Source: Candidatus Altimarinota bacterium (GTDB lineage Bacteria; Patescibacteriota; Gracilibacteria; UBA4473). Taken from it: a DNA stretch of 64,000 bases. The translations under genes were made by a program, and so were the position numbers. The DNA lies in assembly GCA_965231215.1 (NCBI GenBank), contig OZ246423.1, positions 320,001 to 384,000 of the forward strand. Direction: 5' to 3'. The notes under the pieces were generated by a model. That model searched no databases. It was not told where the DNA came from and was given only the letters and a program-made list of their open reading frames with translations. Positions 27,332 to 37,199 of this stretch are shown here, piece after piece (positions within the stretch are counted from its first letter, which is position 1; every line of letters begins with the position of its first letter).

Positions 27332-29667
27332 GTACTAAAAAGAAACTGCTGAAAAAAATGGCTGAAACTTATTTCTTAGAAAGAAATAGTAAAATTCGTG
27401 AATTCTTTGAAAAGGAACTTCAAGCAAATATTGAGGCCTTAAAAAATGAAAAATTTAGAACAAATGAAGAACTTATAGAAAAATTAGAGGAGCTTGCTGA
27501 GTTTGCTTACCCAATACCAGAGAAGGTTGTAGAAATAGTAGAGAAAATTTCCTCAGCTAAACCAATTGCTTTGAAAGACAAGCCTACAGAGTTTGGCTTA
27601 CTACCCGGAAAAACATGGGACGATGTCTTAGAGCAATGTGTGAGTTTACTAAGGCAGGTTAGATATCTCGAAACGGAAGCAGTTATTGAGCTACTTGCTA
27701 AATTTTCGGAAAACGAAAACAAAGAACTTAGTAATAAAGCATTAGAGGCCATCGAGGAACTATGTAAGTATGACTTGCACGTGTTAAACAACGTAGGTGT
27801 CCAACCGCAAAAGAGGTTTATTGAAGCGATCAATAAATGGGCTATTAAGAAAAAAATTAGACACATTGATGTAATTGTTAAGGGTTTAACCGCTTTGCTA
27901 AGCCCAGATTTTGGAGGAGTTGAATGGCAAGATTTTAAAACTGTGACCTTCAGACATGGTGGCTTAAACGCCACCAAATCAGTTGTAAGCAATCGAGAAA
28001 CAGCTTTAGAAATAGCTAAGAATGTTTTTTTAGAGGCAGATGACCCAAAAGTTCAAATATCATTACTCAGTGTATTCAATTCTGCCTGTCGTGACTCGTT
28101 CTATACCGAGGAATTAAGGCCTGTGGTTGTGGCAAATGTCAAAGATGTTCTAAGCTTTTTTAACGAAACCGTTTTGCCGTCAAACCCAGCACTAGAAGTA
28201 TTATCAGAGCTAGAAGATCGTATTGCTTGGCTAGAAAATGGCTTTAAAACTGAAAAACTAAAAGAGTTGGCTAGATTTTGGTGTCTTCTAGAGCAAAATG
28301 AAGAGTACAAAATATATCGAATTTTAGTCGGCTATGAACGAAGATTTAGGCGATTAGAAATGGGATGGGAGGAGTGTCAAAAATACAGAAATGACCACAT
28401 TGCACAATATGTTGAGAGTATAAATCAAAAAAACGAAGAAGAGTGGATTAATCGAATTATCAATATTGCCAAAACAGAAGAAAACTTAAACGACAGTGGT
28501 AAATTCCAGTACTTTCAACAACTTCTAATTCAAATTGGCGAGAAAAAATCAGGTCTAGGATTCCTATTACTTGAGATAAATGAGCCGTTCCTAGAAAGAT
28601 TCAAAGCCTATATTATTTTGGGTTTAGATAAGTCCGAAAAAGAAAAAATTAGGCTACTAATTCAGGAGTGGATAAACAAAGGAGAAAATCTACAGATAAT
28701 TGCATTTGCCATACGGTTTATGGAGAAAATAGATACTAATATGCTTGAAGCCTTGTTTGAGAAGATTAAATCAAAGCGAGGGAAAGATAAAAAAAGAAAG
28801 TTATTTGCAGAATTTCTATACTCTCTTGGATTTACGAATATTGAGAACAAAGACCTGTTCATAAAAACTCTACGAGAACTTACAAAATATGATCTAACTC
28901 ATTGGACTAATTGGTTTTTTGGAGGTAAGGAGGGCGAAAACATATTTGAACATTTTGACGAAAATGATTGGGAAGTTGTTATTGAAAACTTACTTGGTAC
29001 AAGCGATATTCAATATCATGATGAATATGTTTTAAAATATTTACTTAGATTTGACCCAGTTAAATTTGTTAGTTTCTTTGAAAGAAGAATCAAAAAAGAA
29101 GAAAAATTTGATGGGCTTTATTATCGCTATTCATCTCTACCTTTTAGTTTGCATAATTTGCTATCAGAGTTGCATGACTACGAAGATGAGATTACCGAAG
29201 AGGTTTGGAAATGGTTTGATAAAAAGTATGGATGGAAAGCGGCAATATTCTTAAAAGCATTGTTCCCCGGTTTTTCTTCAAAAATGGATCAAAAAATAAA
29301 TGAAATTATTGATTCTAAAGATAAAAAAGCATGGAAAAAATATATTCAGCCTATTTTTCAGTGGTATCGTGGAAACTCTCTAGAGCGAATAATCAAAAGA
29401 ACGATTAACTCTTTCGACAAAGATCAAGAAATGTGGGACACCTGCATGATATATCTTTCAAACCCTGGAATGGTTTCAGGTACAACAGGCGAACCAATAA
29501 TGGCCAATGCCTATAGAGCAAAGAAGACCAGAGTTGAAAAATGGGAGTTAGACAATGACAAAATCAAGGAATTTGTTGAGGGATACAAAAAAATGCTTGA
29601 TAGAGATATTAAAAGAGAAGAACAACGACACTTAGAAGAAATGGAAAAGCTTAAAAGACGACCTTAG
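27328..29667 (+). CDS. Large alpha-helical (HEAT-like) hypothetical protein
   Basis: 779 aa, ATGA-coupled to the nucleotidyltransferase; amphipathic helical pattern; no NTPase or catalytic motif seen. Confidence 0.7.
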   Translation: MSTKKKLLKKMAETYFLERNSKIREFFEKELQANIEALKNEKFRTNEELIEKLEELAEFAYPIPEKVVEIVEKISSAKPIALKDKPTEFGLLPGKTWDDVLEQCVSLLRQVRYLETEAVIELLAKFSENENKELSNKALEAIEELCKYDLHVLNNVGVQPQKRFIEAINKWAIKKKIRHIDVIVKGLTALLSPDFGGVEWQDFKTVTFRHGGLNATKSVVSNRETALEIAKNVFLEADDPKVQISLLSVFNSACRDSFYTEELRPVVVANVKDVLSFFNETVLPSNPALEVLSELEDRIAWLENGFKTEKLKELARFWCLLEQNEEYKIYRILVGYERRFRRLEMGWEECQKYRNDHIAQYVESINQKNEEEWINRIINIAKTEENLNDSGKFQYFQQLLIQIGEKKSGLGFLLLEINEPFLERFKAYIILGLDKSEKEKIRLLIQEWINKGENLQIIAFAIRFMEKIDTNMLEALFEKIKSKRGKDKKRKLFAEFLYSLGFTNIENKDLFIKTLRELTKYDLTHWTNWFFGGKEGENIFEHFDENDWEVVIENLLGTSDIQYHDEYVLKYLLRFDPVKFVSFFERRIKKEEKFDGLYYRYSSLPFSLHNLLSELHDYEDEITEEVWKWFDKKYGWKAAIFLKALFPGFSSKMDQKINEIIDSKDKKAWKKYIQPIFQWYRGNSLERIIKRTINSFDKDQEMWDTCMIYLSNPGMVSGTTGEPIMANAYRAKKTRVEKWELDNDKIKEFVEGYKKMLDRDIKREEQRHLEEMEKLKRRP

Positions 29668-29804
29668 TGCTATATCTCCATAGGCGCATCGGTCACAATA
29701 GATCAACCTAATAGAATCAATCCACAAAAGGTACATTAAGATTCCCTAAAACCCCAAAAGTTCCCAACCTACGTGGGACACTATTGGGTATTACTGTACT
29801 AAGT

Positions 29805-29879
29805 TGGCTGGGGTGGAGGGATTCGAACCCCCGAATGGCGGAACCAAAATCCGCTGCCTTACCACTTGGCGACACCCCA
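29805..29879 (-). tRNA. tRNA-Gln(TTG)
   Basis: Minus strand TGGGGTG TCGCCAAGTGGTAAGGCA GCGGA TT-TTG-GT TCCGC ... GTTCGAATC ... CACCCCA GCCA; 75 nt with encoded CCA. Confidence 0.97.
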
Positions 29880-30063
29880 TCTTCGATGAGGACTGTGCTT
29901 ACTTTATCCCCTGTTGCAAAGAAGATTCCGTAATCTCGTCTCATCGCCTTTCCACTTTTATTCCAGGAAGAAAGGCAGAGCCAATCCTAAAAATGTGGGG
30001 ATTAAAATCAAGTTATTTTCTCCAATTCCTTGTCCTCGAACTACATAACTATAAAATTAGACC

Positions 30064-30609
30064 ATGTCAGAATACGTCCTTATTCTTTATGCTGGACTCC
30101 CCGCTTTCCTAGCCAACATGGCCCCCGTATTGGCGACTAAATATGGGTGGCTGTCCTTTTTTGATCAACCCGTTGATCAACATAAAACCTTTCGTGGGAA
30201 GCCTATTTTTGGCCCTCATAAAACCATTCGAGGATTTATTGTAGGAGGTATAGCCGGTCTCATCATAGGCATAATCCAATACCTTTTACACATACAGAGT
30301 CTTTTGGATTTTCCATTAGCCATAAGAGGCACTAATTCCATTATCATATTTGGCATTTTGGGAGCTATAGGCGCCTTGATTGGAGATATGATTGAGAGTT
30401 TTTTCAAACGCCAGATAGGGATCAAAAGTGGACGTCCACTCATCCCCTTTGACCAAACCGATTATATTATTGGATTTGTATTACTTACCTGGCCGTTAGT
30501 GGTTTGGGAATTACAACAGGTACTCGTATTACTGGTTGCAGCTTTAATTATGAATCCACTCACAAACCTTATAGGATACACCCTGGGTATTAAGAAAACT
30601 TTTTGGTAA
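30064..30609 (+). CDS. CDP-archaeol synthase family protein (CarS/DUF46)
   Basis: PAFLANMAPV, PVD..FRGKPIFGPHKTIRG, GDMIESFFKRQIGIKSG, PFDQTD. Confidence 0.85.
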   Translation: MSEYVLILYAGLPAFLANMAPVLATKYGWLSFFDQPVDQHKTFRGKPIFGPHKTIRGFIVGGIAGLIIGIIQYLLHIQSLLDFPLAIRGTNSIIIFGILGAIGALIGDMIESFFKRQIGIKSGRPLIPFDQTDYIIGFVLLTWPLVVWELQQVLVLLVAALIMNPLTNLIGYTLGIKKTFW

Positions 30610-30612
30610 CAC

Positions 30613-31491
30613 ATGCCACAAAAACAAAGATATTTGGTCATTTTCAACGGCATCTCCGGCCGAATAAAAGTGCGTAACCGGCAACAAATGATTCATGATT
30701 TTTTTCAGAAAAAAAAATACTTTTATCACTTTGTTATTATTGGATCCTACGGCCATGATTTGGCTGAAAAAAATATTAAAGAACTCATCAAAAGTCTCGG
30801 AATTACTCGTATTGTGGTTTCTGGCGGTGATGGGACTCTCCAATCGGTAATACAACACTTGTACGAAGAAGATTTATTGGATATTCCCCTCGTTTATCTA
30901 CCAGGGGGTTCAGCTAATTTTTATGCTTACATTTTGGGCCAATCCAATGATTTTGGAACCGTACTCAACCATATCCCAAAAGCCAAACCACAAAAAATGT
31001 CTTTTGGCGTGATAAATGAAAAAGTCTTTATGATTGCTGCTTGTTTTGGAAAAGTATCGCAACTTACCACTAGTACCAACCGAGCCGTAAAAAAAACGCT
31101 CGGCTTTATCTCTTACCTTCTTGCTGGAGTGCATTTATTTACTCCCTTTAAGATAAAAACTGGCATCATTAACAAAAAAGCTTACTTAGCCAGCAGTCTA
31201 CTGATTGTAACACCTCAAGCCGCTCATAAGTATATTCCCCTTAAAAATATTTCTAAAACGGAACTCAATATTTTGTGCTTTCAGCATCGAAATGTTATTG
31301 ACCATATGTATGACATTTTCTTTGTGTATATCCTCAGGCAACCTCCAGAAAAAGTCGCCATAATGAATGCCAAAAAATTAGAATTTAGTGAACCTTTCCC
31401 CCAAAAACCGCATATTGATGGCGATATCCTAGAAAAAGAAGATATGTACAAGGTCAAATTAATTCCTAAAAAGCTCACTTTCTATGCTTAG
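30613..31491 (+). CDS. Diacylglycerol/lipid kinase (YegS/DgkB family)
   Basis: FNGISG, SGGDGT, LPGGSANF, HIDGD. Confidence 0.85.
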   Translation: MPQKQRYLVIFNGISGRIKVRNRQQMIHDFFQKKKYFYHFVIIGSYGHDLAEKNIKELIKSLGITRIVVSGGDGTLQSVIQHLYEEDLLDIPLVYLPGGSANFYAYILGQSNDFGTVLNHIPKAKPQKMSFGVINEKVFMIAACFGKVSQLTTSTNRAVKKTLGFISYLLAGVHLFTPFKIKTGIINKKAYLASSLLIVTPQAAHKYIPLKNISKTELNILCFQHRNVIDHMYDIFFVYILRQPPEKVAIMNAKKLEFSEPFPQKPHIDGDILEKEDMYKVKLIPKKLTFYA

Positions 31492-32038
31492 CCATGCGCA
31501 AATTCCCAACCTACTGACCATTGGCCGAGCTATCCTCACGCTGATTATTATCGGGTTATTCGCCATAGAGTTTGATCATAAATTTGGATGGATTTTAGGA
31601 CTCTTTTTAGTGGCTAGTTTTACAGATTTCTTAGATGGCTATTTAGCCAGAAAATACAAAAACACTAGCACTTTTGGAGCCATTTTTGACCCACTAATAG
31701 ACAAAGTCCTGACTCTGGCCGTTTTTTGTTTGCTGATTCCCTATGGACTCATTCCAGCCATAATAATAGCCCTGATTATCGTTAGAGAATTAGTAGTAGA
31801 TGGATTAAGAAGTTTTTTACTCACACTTAATAAAACTCTCAGTGCTAAGTTTTGGGGCAAAATAAAAACCACACTCCAAATGGTTTTGATCATTATTAGT
31901 TTATATTTTTTAGAAACCGAACATCCGTTCCTCCCCCATATTATTATATCTCTAAGCTGGATCACCCTTCTCTGCACTTATCTCAGTGCTATCCCCTATA
32001 TAAAAGTATTTTTAAGGGTATATAAAGACGTAAAATAA
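31484..32038 (+). CDS. pgsA: CDP-alcohol phosphatidyltransferase (PgsA-like)
   Basis: IPNLLTIGR, TDFLDGYLARK..GAIFDPLIDK, GKIKT. Confidence 0.88.
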   Translation: MLSHAQIPNLLTIGRAILTLIIIGLFAIEFDHKFGWILGLFLVASFTDFLDGYLARKYKNTSTFGAIFDPLIDKVLTLAVFCLLIPYGLIPAIIIALIIVRELVVDGLRSFLLTLNKTLSAKFWGKIKTTLQMVLIIISLYFLETEHPFLPHIIISLSWITLLCTYLSAIPYIKVFLRVYKDVK

Positions 32039-32039
32039 T

Positions 32040-33788
32040 ATGCACCATATAAAAATTATTGACTGTCTTGGACCATTCTTTTCTGGTAAAGAAAAAATGC
32101 AAAACTGGTCAAAAATACCCTTTGCTCAATTTGAGTCTCGAACCGGTGACTTAGACACCGAATCTCTAGAGTATCAAAAAACTATCCTGGACTTTGAGCA
32201 TATCATAAAGTGTGCCCATAGCTATGGTTATAACGCCATTAGCCTGGATGATGCCGTACATTTGAGCACTTTCCCAAGCTATCCAAAAGACTTCCAACAA
32301 AAACTCAACCGTTATAAAGCACTCTATGAGAGGTGCTTTAGTATAGCGAAAAAATACAAATTTAAAATATTTATCAACTACGACCTCATATCCCTTCCAA
32401 CGCATTTCACCCTTGATGATTCGCCCCAAATTTATGCCCAAAAAGTCATTACCGAAGGACTCAATAACCCCTCAGTAGATGGTCTTATACTCCGTTTTGG
32501 AGAAAGTGATGCTAATGATGTTCAGGGCGATTTCAAAAGCCAGCCATTGATAAAAACCAGTCGAGATCTGAATCATCTTCTAGAAGCTATCGCCCCTATA
32601 GCTCAAGGCCTAGAAAAGCAATGCATTCTCAGAACTTGGTCCGTAGGAGTGGGGCCTATCGGCGATCTGTCATGGAATTTCAATACGCTGAAAAATAGTA
32701 TAAATACCGTGGCTCAAAACCCCTCCTTTGTGCTGAGCCTCAAACCATCAGAAACCGATTTTTATACCACCAAATATATCAATCCTATTTTCAAAGATAT
32801 CGCCCAGAATTTTCCAAAACTCAAGTGCATACTAGAAACCCAAAGTGCTCCAGAAAGAGGCGGTTTTGGAGAGCTCCATCCACTCTGTATGGGATGGGAA
32901 TATGCCAGCCTTTTCACTCAAGCTAAAAAACAGAACCCAAACTTTATAGGTATTATGGCTTGGGCTCAAACTGGCGGCTGGACACAAACCTACCTTCGTC
33001 CCAGAACCTTTATAGATTCTATTTCTTGGAGTGCACTCAATACCTATCTTCTCAGCAAACTCTGGGATAAAACCACGCCAAAAGATGATAAAGACCTGCA
33101 CGATACATACATTGAAAAACTCATCGGTGCCTGGCTCTCATTAGAAGCCAAAACCCATCATCTTCCTTGGGCTAAAAAAGCGGATCTAAAACTATTAAAG
33201 GAATATTTATATCGATATTATCGAATCTATATCAAAATCCTATATCCCAAGTCTTTTGTAGTGCAAAAAAAATTCTTCAGAAGATTTATGGTACCCCCAT
33301 TAATGTGGATGCACTGGGATCAGATAAAAATAAACCCCCTTGTCATCTCACTCTATCTCTACTTTGGAACCTATAGCCGGAAAGAACGGTTACTACTTCA
33401 GCAAAAAGTAGATCATGTTTGCGCTCTAGCCAAAAAACTCAACCTCCCAAATCATGAATTTCAGGAATCCTGTTTAAGGCTCTTTTTGGCTATTAGAACT
33501 GGCGTTTTAAAAGGATTTATTACCCCAAAATTGCATCTAAGAATTAAAAATTTTAATAGAAAATATCCACAGACTTACGGATTTGATATTAAAGATGATC
33601 CAGTAAACTCCCGGTTTCTGAAACTCGCCTGGAAAATACTGCTCAGAAAAAAACACCGCTATAGAACCATTGATAAGATTTTCATGCTCCCGGTTATTTC
33701 AGATCTTTTGGGCAACCTCATTATTCAACGAATTCCTCCAGAAGACAGAGACCAATGCATGGGAATCATTCATGTTCTGAAAGATTAA
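32040..33788 (+). CDS. Hypothetical protein with possible TIM-barrel glycoside-hydrolase-like fold
   Basis: GYNAISLDD, LILRFGESD, ILRTW, WAQTGGW; operonic with the lipid genes. Confidence 0.5.
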   Translation: MHHIKIIDCLGPFFSGKEKMQNWSKIPFAQFESRTGDLDTESLEYQKTILDFEHIIKCAHSYGYNAISLDDAVHLSTFPSYPKDFQQKLNRYKALYERCFSIAKKYKFKIFINYDLISLPTHFTLDDSPQIYAQKVITEGLNNPSVDGLILRFGESDANDVQGDFKSQPLIKTSRDLNHLLEAIAPIAQGLEKQCILRTWSVGVGPIGDLSWNFNTLKNSINTVAQNPSFVLSLKPSETDFYTTKYINPIFKDIAQNFPKLKCILETQSAPERGGFGELHPLCMGWEYASLFTQAKKQNPNFIGIMAWAQTGGWTQTYLRPRTFIDSISWSALNTYLLSKLWDKTTPKDDKDLHDTYIEKLIGAWLSLEAKTHHLPWAKKADLKLLKEYLYRYYRIYIKILYPKSFVVQKKFFRRFMVPPLMWMHWDQIKINPLVISLYLYFGTYSRKERLLLQQKVDHVCALAKKLNLPNHEFQESCLRLFLAIRTGVLKGFITPKLHLRIKNFNRKYPQTYGFDIKDDPVNSRFLKLAWKILLRKKHRYRTIDKIFMLPVISDLLGNLIIQRIPPEDRDQCMGIIHVLKD

Positions 33789-33823
33789 GTTGCATATTAC
33801 CATTCCCCCCTCAGAATAAGGAC

Positions 33824-34330
33824 ATGATAAAAATTATAGAATCCGACACCAAAAACCTGAAATACGGCATACACAAAACTCCTTTTGGAACCTGTGCTAT
33901 AGCCATTAGCGATGAGGTTATCTGCAAGATGAGTTTTGAGACCGATGAAAATCAATTCTTGACCGAACTTCACACAGAATGGACCGAATGTAAAATTGAA
34001 GAAGACATCATTGCCACAGAAGACATGATACAAAAAATCTTCATAGAAAAGGTAACTCACTTCACCTTAGATGTAAAAGGCACAGATTTTCAACGAAAAG
34101 TCTGGCAAGAGGTCATAAAAATTGAAGAAGGCCAAACCAAAACTTACGGCGAAATTGCCAAAAACATTGAAGACCCACAGGCTGCCCGAGCTGTAGGAAC
34201 CGCTGTAGGCAAAAATCCTGTAGCCTATCTAATTCCCTGCCATCGAGTGATTCGATCTGATGGAGATCTTGGGGGATATCGATGGGGCGAAGCCCTAAAA
34301 GAAAAACTACTCGCTCACGAAACTATCTAA
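33824..34330 (+). CDS. ogt: Methylated-DNA-protein-cysteine methyltransferase
   Basis: GTDFQRKVW, TYGEIA, ARAVGTA, IPCHRV. Confidence 0.93.
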   Translation: MIKIIESDTKNLKYGIHKTPFGTCAIAISDEVICKMSFETDENQFLTELHTEWTECKIEEDIIATEDMIQKIFIEKVTHFTLDVKGTDFQRKVWQEVIKIEEGQTKTYGEIAKNIEDPQAARAVGTAVGKNPVAYLIPCHRVIRSDGDLGGYRWGEALKEKLLAHETI

Positions 34331-34983
34331 TCTGGGAGGGTTACCATCACTTCGTTTCTCCGAAGAAAAAACGGTGTCCAAGGCGGATTATAAAAAGCAA
34401 AAGTCACATCAGCCTCATGTTCTATCCCTTCTTTTTCAAGAGCGGCTAAAAGGGCCGCTTCAACCTGCTTTCTCCCCACTGTGTCATTTCCGTTCCAGAT
34501 AATAAAACGCCTTACCGCTTTTTTTTGAGCAGGCCATTCTACAATCTGTATATTCTGGTTATTGGGGATGGGTAAAGTGTCCTTGTCCCACTTTTCAGGG
34601 ATTGTAAAAGTAACTGTTCTTTTATTTTTTCCAGGAGCGTCCAAAACTGGAGTGGTCATAGCAATATTTTGACTCGGCTGATCCAATACTGGAGTAGTCA
34701 TAGCGACAGACTCTTTTGATTTATTGTCCCCAAATATAAATCCAGCTAATTGCATAAACCCCTCATTAATCCCACTTTCTCCTGCGGTGCTAACTTCAAC
34801 CTGAGCGACTAAGATAGGATCGTATTCACGAATTTCATATTCAGAATTTTTTTCCAAAACACGGTAACCAGGAGTCTCTAAAGCCGCTGCATACCACCAA
34901 ATACCAACAGCCCAAACAACAGATACTATCAACAAAACAATCAAAACCCACCCCCAAACCGGAATCATTTTTAAAGAAATCAT
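34327..34983 (-). CDS. SOUL heme-binding family protein
   Basis: ETPGYRVL, YEIREY, GFMQLAGFIFGDN, duplicated AMTTPV, YNPPWTP..RRNEV. Confidence 0.88.
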   Translation of the reverse strand: MISLKMIPVWGWVLIVLLIVSVVWAVGIWWYAAALETPGYRVLEKNSEYEIREYDPILVAQVEVSTAGESGINEGFMQLAGFIFGDNKSKESVAMTTPVLDQPSQNIAMTTPVLDAPGKNKRTVTFTIPEKWDKDTLPIPNNQNIQIVEWPAQKKAVRRFIIWNGNDTVGRKQVEAALLAALEKEGIEHEADVTFAFYNPPWTPFFLRRNEVMVTLPD

Positions 34984-35166
34984 TACATCTTCAATTTTAT
35001 ACTAATATAGGTTTCAATGTAATATAAAGCTAAAGGATTATTACCCCCCTCTTGTTTATCATCTGTATTATTTTTTTTGTTTCCCTCACTTTACTAATAC
35101 CAGATTGGTCTAGTCCCAACACTTAATCTCTATGACAAATCTTTGCTCCTGTGTTATAATTGTAAA

Positions 35167-36180
35167 ATGGAATTTTATATTTGGCTCGGAATTGTATTCT
35201 GTGCGCTTAAAGCGGCTACTTTTTCGGGACTCAATTTGGCTATTTTTCGGATTCCTTATCTTCGGCTCAAAGTACTAGCCCAAAAGAAAAATCCAGACGC
35301 TCTAAAAATTCTTAATCTACGGTCACAACCAAACTTTCTTTTAGCCACAATCCTGTGGGCTAACGTGGCCTACAATGTACTCTTAACACTGCTTACAAAT
35401 TCAGTTATGGCTGGCGTGGCCAGTTTCTTTTTTAGTACTATTGTCCTCACGATGGTAGGTGAAATTTTACCCCAATCATTTTTCTCAAGACACGCGTTAA
35501 AGATCGGCGGATTTTTTGTCCCTATGCTCAAGTTTTATCAATTTTTACTCTTCCCTATCGCCAAACCCACGGCCTGGATGATTAATAAACTAGTGGGAAA
35601 AGAACCCCCTCAATACTACAGTGAAGGAGATCTTATTGAATTGATTAAAGAACATATGAAATCTGCCCGAGCTGAGGATATTTCAGCTGCAGAAGCTTTG
35701 GGAGCTATTCATTTTTTAGAGTTGGATGACCGAAAAATTAAGCATGTAGGTAGTAAAGTTTCCCCCTCCTGTTTGGTGGAGATGAGTTTCAAGGGAAACA
35801 AAATCCCAAAGGTGGATTTTTCTATATCGCCAGAAGATCAATTTCTCAAAAAACTTAACAAAACCAAAATGGAACGCTCCGTTTTGGTAGACCCCAAAGG
35901 AAACCCCAAATATGTGTTTGATACCGATGGTTTCTTCCGAGATTTATTTATGAAAAAGCACAAAACCAAATTTGAAAATTTTTGCCACAAGCCGGTAATC
36001 ATCAAAAAAAACGAAGCCTTTGTCGGAGATGTGCTACATGCCTTCACCTTTGAAAAACATAAAACCTCAGAACTATTAGAACATCAAGTAGTACTTCTGT
36101 GGACAGCCAAACACAAAAAAATCCTTACCAGTGATGATTTAGTACATCTACTGATGCAAGAAATTGGCCCCAATTCTTAG
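35167..36180 (+). CDS. DUF21/CNNM domain membrane protein
   Basis: FSGLNLA, LATILWANV, GEILPQ; start ATG 35167 follows TGnTATAAT by 6 nt. Confidence 0.82.
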   Translation: MEFYIWLGIVFCALKAATFSGLNLAIFRIPYLRLKVLAQKKNPDALKILNLRSQPNFLLATILWANVAYNVLLTLLTNSVMAGVASFFFSTIVLTMVGEILPQSFFSRHALKIGGFFVPMLKFYQFLLFPIAKPTAWMINKLVGKEPPQYYSEGDLIELIKEHMKSARAEDISAAEALGAIHFLELDDRKIKHVGSKVSPSCLVEMSFKGNKIPKVDFSISPEDQFLKKLNKTKMERSVLVDPKGNPKYVFDTDGFFRDLFMKKHKTKFENFCHKPVIIKKNEAFVGDVLHAFTFEKHKTSELLEHQVVLLWTAKHKKILTSDDLVHLLMQEIGPNS

Positions 36181-36203
36181 TGTATATTTTCGTGTAAATC
36201 AAT

Positions 36204-36293
36204 TTAAGAAGGACCGTGAAAAATAGGGGCCACATGACATCCAGCTAAAACCAAACACAGAGTCGAAAGCACTATAAGGGGAACAGATTTCAT
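36204..36293 (-). CDS. 29-aa micro-lipoprotein candidate (not in ORF track)
   Basis: MKSVPLIVLSTLCLVLAGC-HVAPIFHGPS*; canonical LAGC lipobox. Confidence 0.5.
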   Translation of the reverse strand: MKSVPLIVLSTLCLVLAGCHVAPIFHGPS

Positions 36294-36359
36294 AAAAATT
36301 TTTAAATATATACTGGAGATGGGGCGCAAACACAAAGGCCCCACCTCATAAATCTTTGG

Positions 36360-36476
36360 CTAAGCAATAACTTTAGCATCAAAGTTCCGAGTTAAATACA
36401 GATAGTCTGTGCGTTCATCTCGGCTCATTTCTTCCCAGTAAGCAGGAAGACCAAAATTGATATTTGAAGCATTCAT
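36360..36476 (-). CDS. 38-aa small ORF candidate
   Basis: MNASNINFGLPAYWEEMSRDERTDYLYLTRNFDAKVIA*; preceded by an ECF-like promoter and followed by a GC hairpin. Confidence 0.4.
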   Translation of the reverse strand: MNASNINFGLPAYWEEMSRDERTDYLYLTRNFDAKVIA

Positions 36477-36611
36477 GATTTCAATGATTAAGAAACTAGG
36501 TTCAACTCTATATACGTTTGAGTTTTTTGAAGTGCGACAACTTTTTTAAAAAATTATTTTTTGCCGCCTTCACACCGTCATACGCAGATAGATTTTTTTT
36601 CTTTCACCAAA

Positions 36612-37199
36612 TCATCGCTCTGTCTGAGTTTTGATAATTTCTAAAGCCTGCATAAACCCCCCTCCAGTAAGCGAAGATCCATTAATAGACCCCTGCAAAT
36701 CCAGATCATCTATGTGCACCCCTTCAATAAGCTTTTTAGCGCCAGTTTCATATCTATCAATATAATACAGGCTAGTGCTGTCAGCTTTAATAGGCCGAAT
36801 AAGTAACGACGACACTTCGTCTTTTTCAAAAACCACAGTGACCTCTATTTCAACTTTACCTCCAGGGCTTAAATAAGCCGTTTTGGCACTAAAATTACCG
36901 TGCTTGTATTTATCTTGTTTATAACTTTTAGTAGGAATGCCTTCAGCCTCGCTCAGATCTAACACATAAGGACTACAGTCTAAAGAAAGTATGGCAGAAA
37001 GTGGAAAGTATCGACTTGCTTTATTACACAAAAGCTGAGTCATAATGAAATCATATCTTTCTGGAGCCGTAGACTTGATAGCTAAAATCTTATGACGTAC
37101 TCGTTCAATCTTTTGTTCTCTAGTTTCAGCAGCGGCATGCACTACTCCAAAAAGGGCAAAAGAAGTAACAAAAAGTCCAAAAAGTTTATGCTTAACCAT
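36612..37199 (-). CDS. Secreted protein with C-terminal FMN-bind-like domain
   Basis: Signal peptide; YLSPGG..INGSSLT domain paralogous to the upstream gene. Confidence 0.6.
   Translation of the reverse strand: MVKHKLFGLFVTSFALFGVVHAAAETREQKIERVRHKILAIKSTAPERYDFIMTQLLCNKASRYFPLSAILSLDCSPYVLDLSEAEGIPTKSYKQDKYKHGNFSAKTAYLSPGGKVEIEVTVVFEKDEVSSLLIRPIKADSTSLYYIDRYETGAKKLIEGVHIDDLDLQGSINGSSLTGGGFMQALEIIKTQTER

Larger units (their letters stand above)
4650..29804. mobile_element. Genomic island at the tRNA-Gln 3' end (left boundary uncertain)
   Basis: Serine recombinase, terminase, MTases, HTH, defence and metal cargo, gene scars; housekeeping-type genes resume right after the tRNA. Confidence 0.65.

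Noticed and set aside
29717-30112. ORFs 29717-29944 (-) and 29804-30112 (+)
   Set aside because: Shadows of tRNA-Gln.
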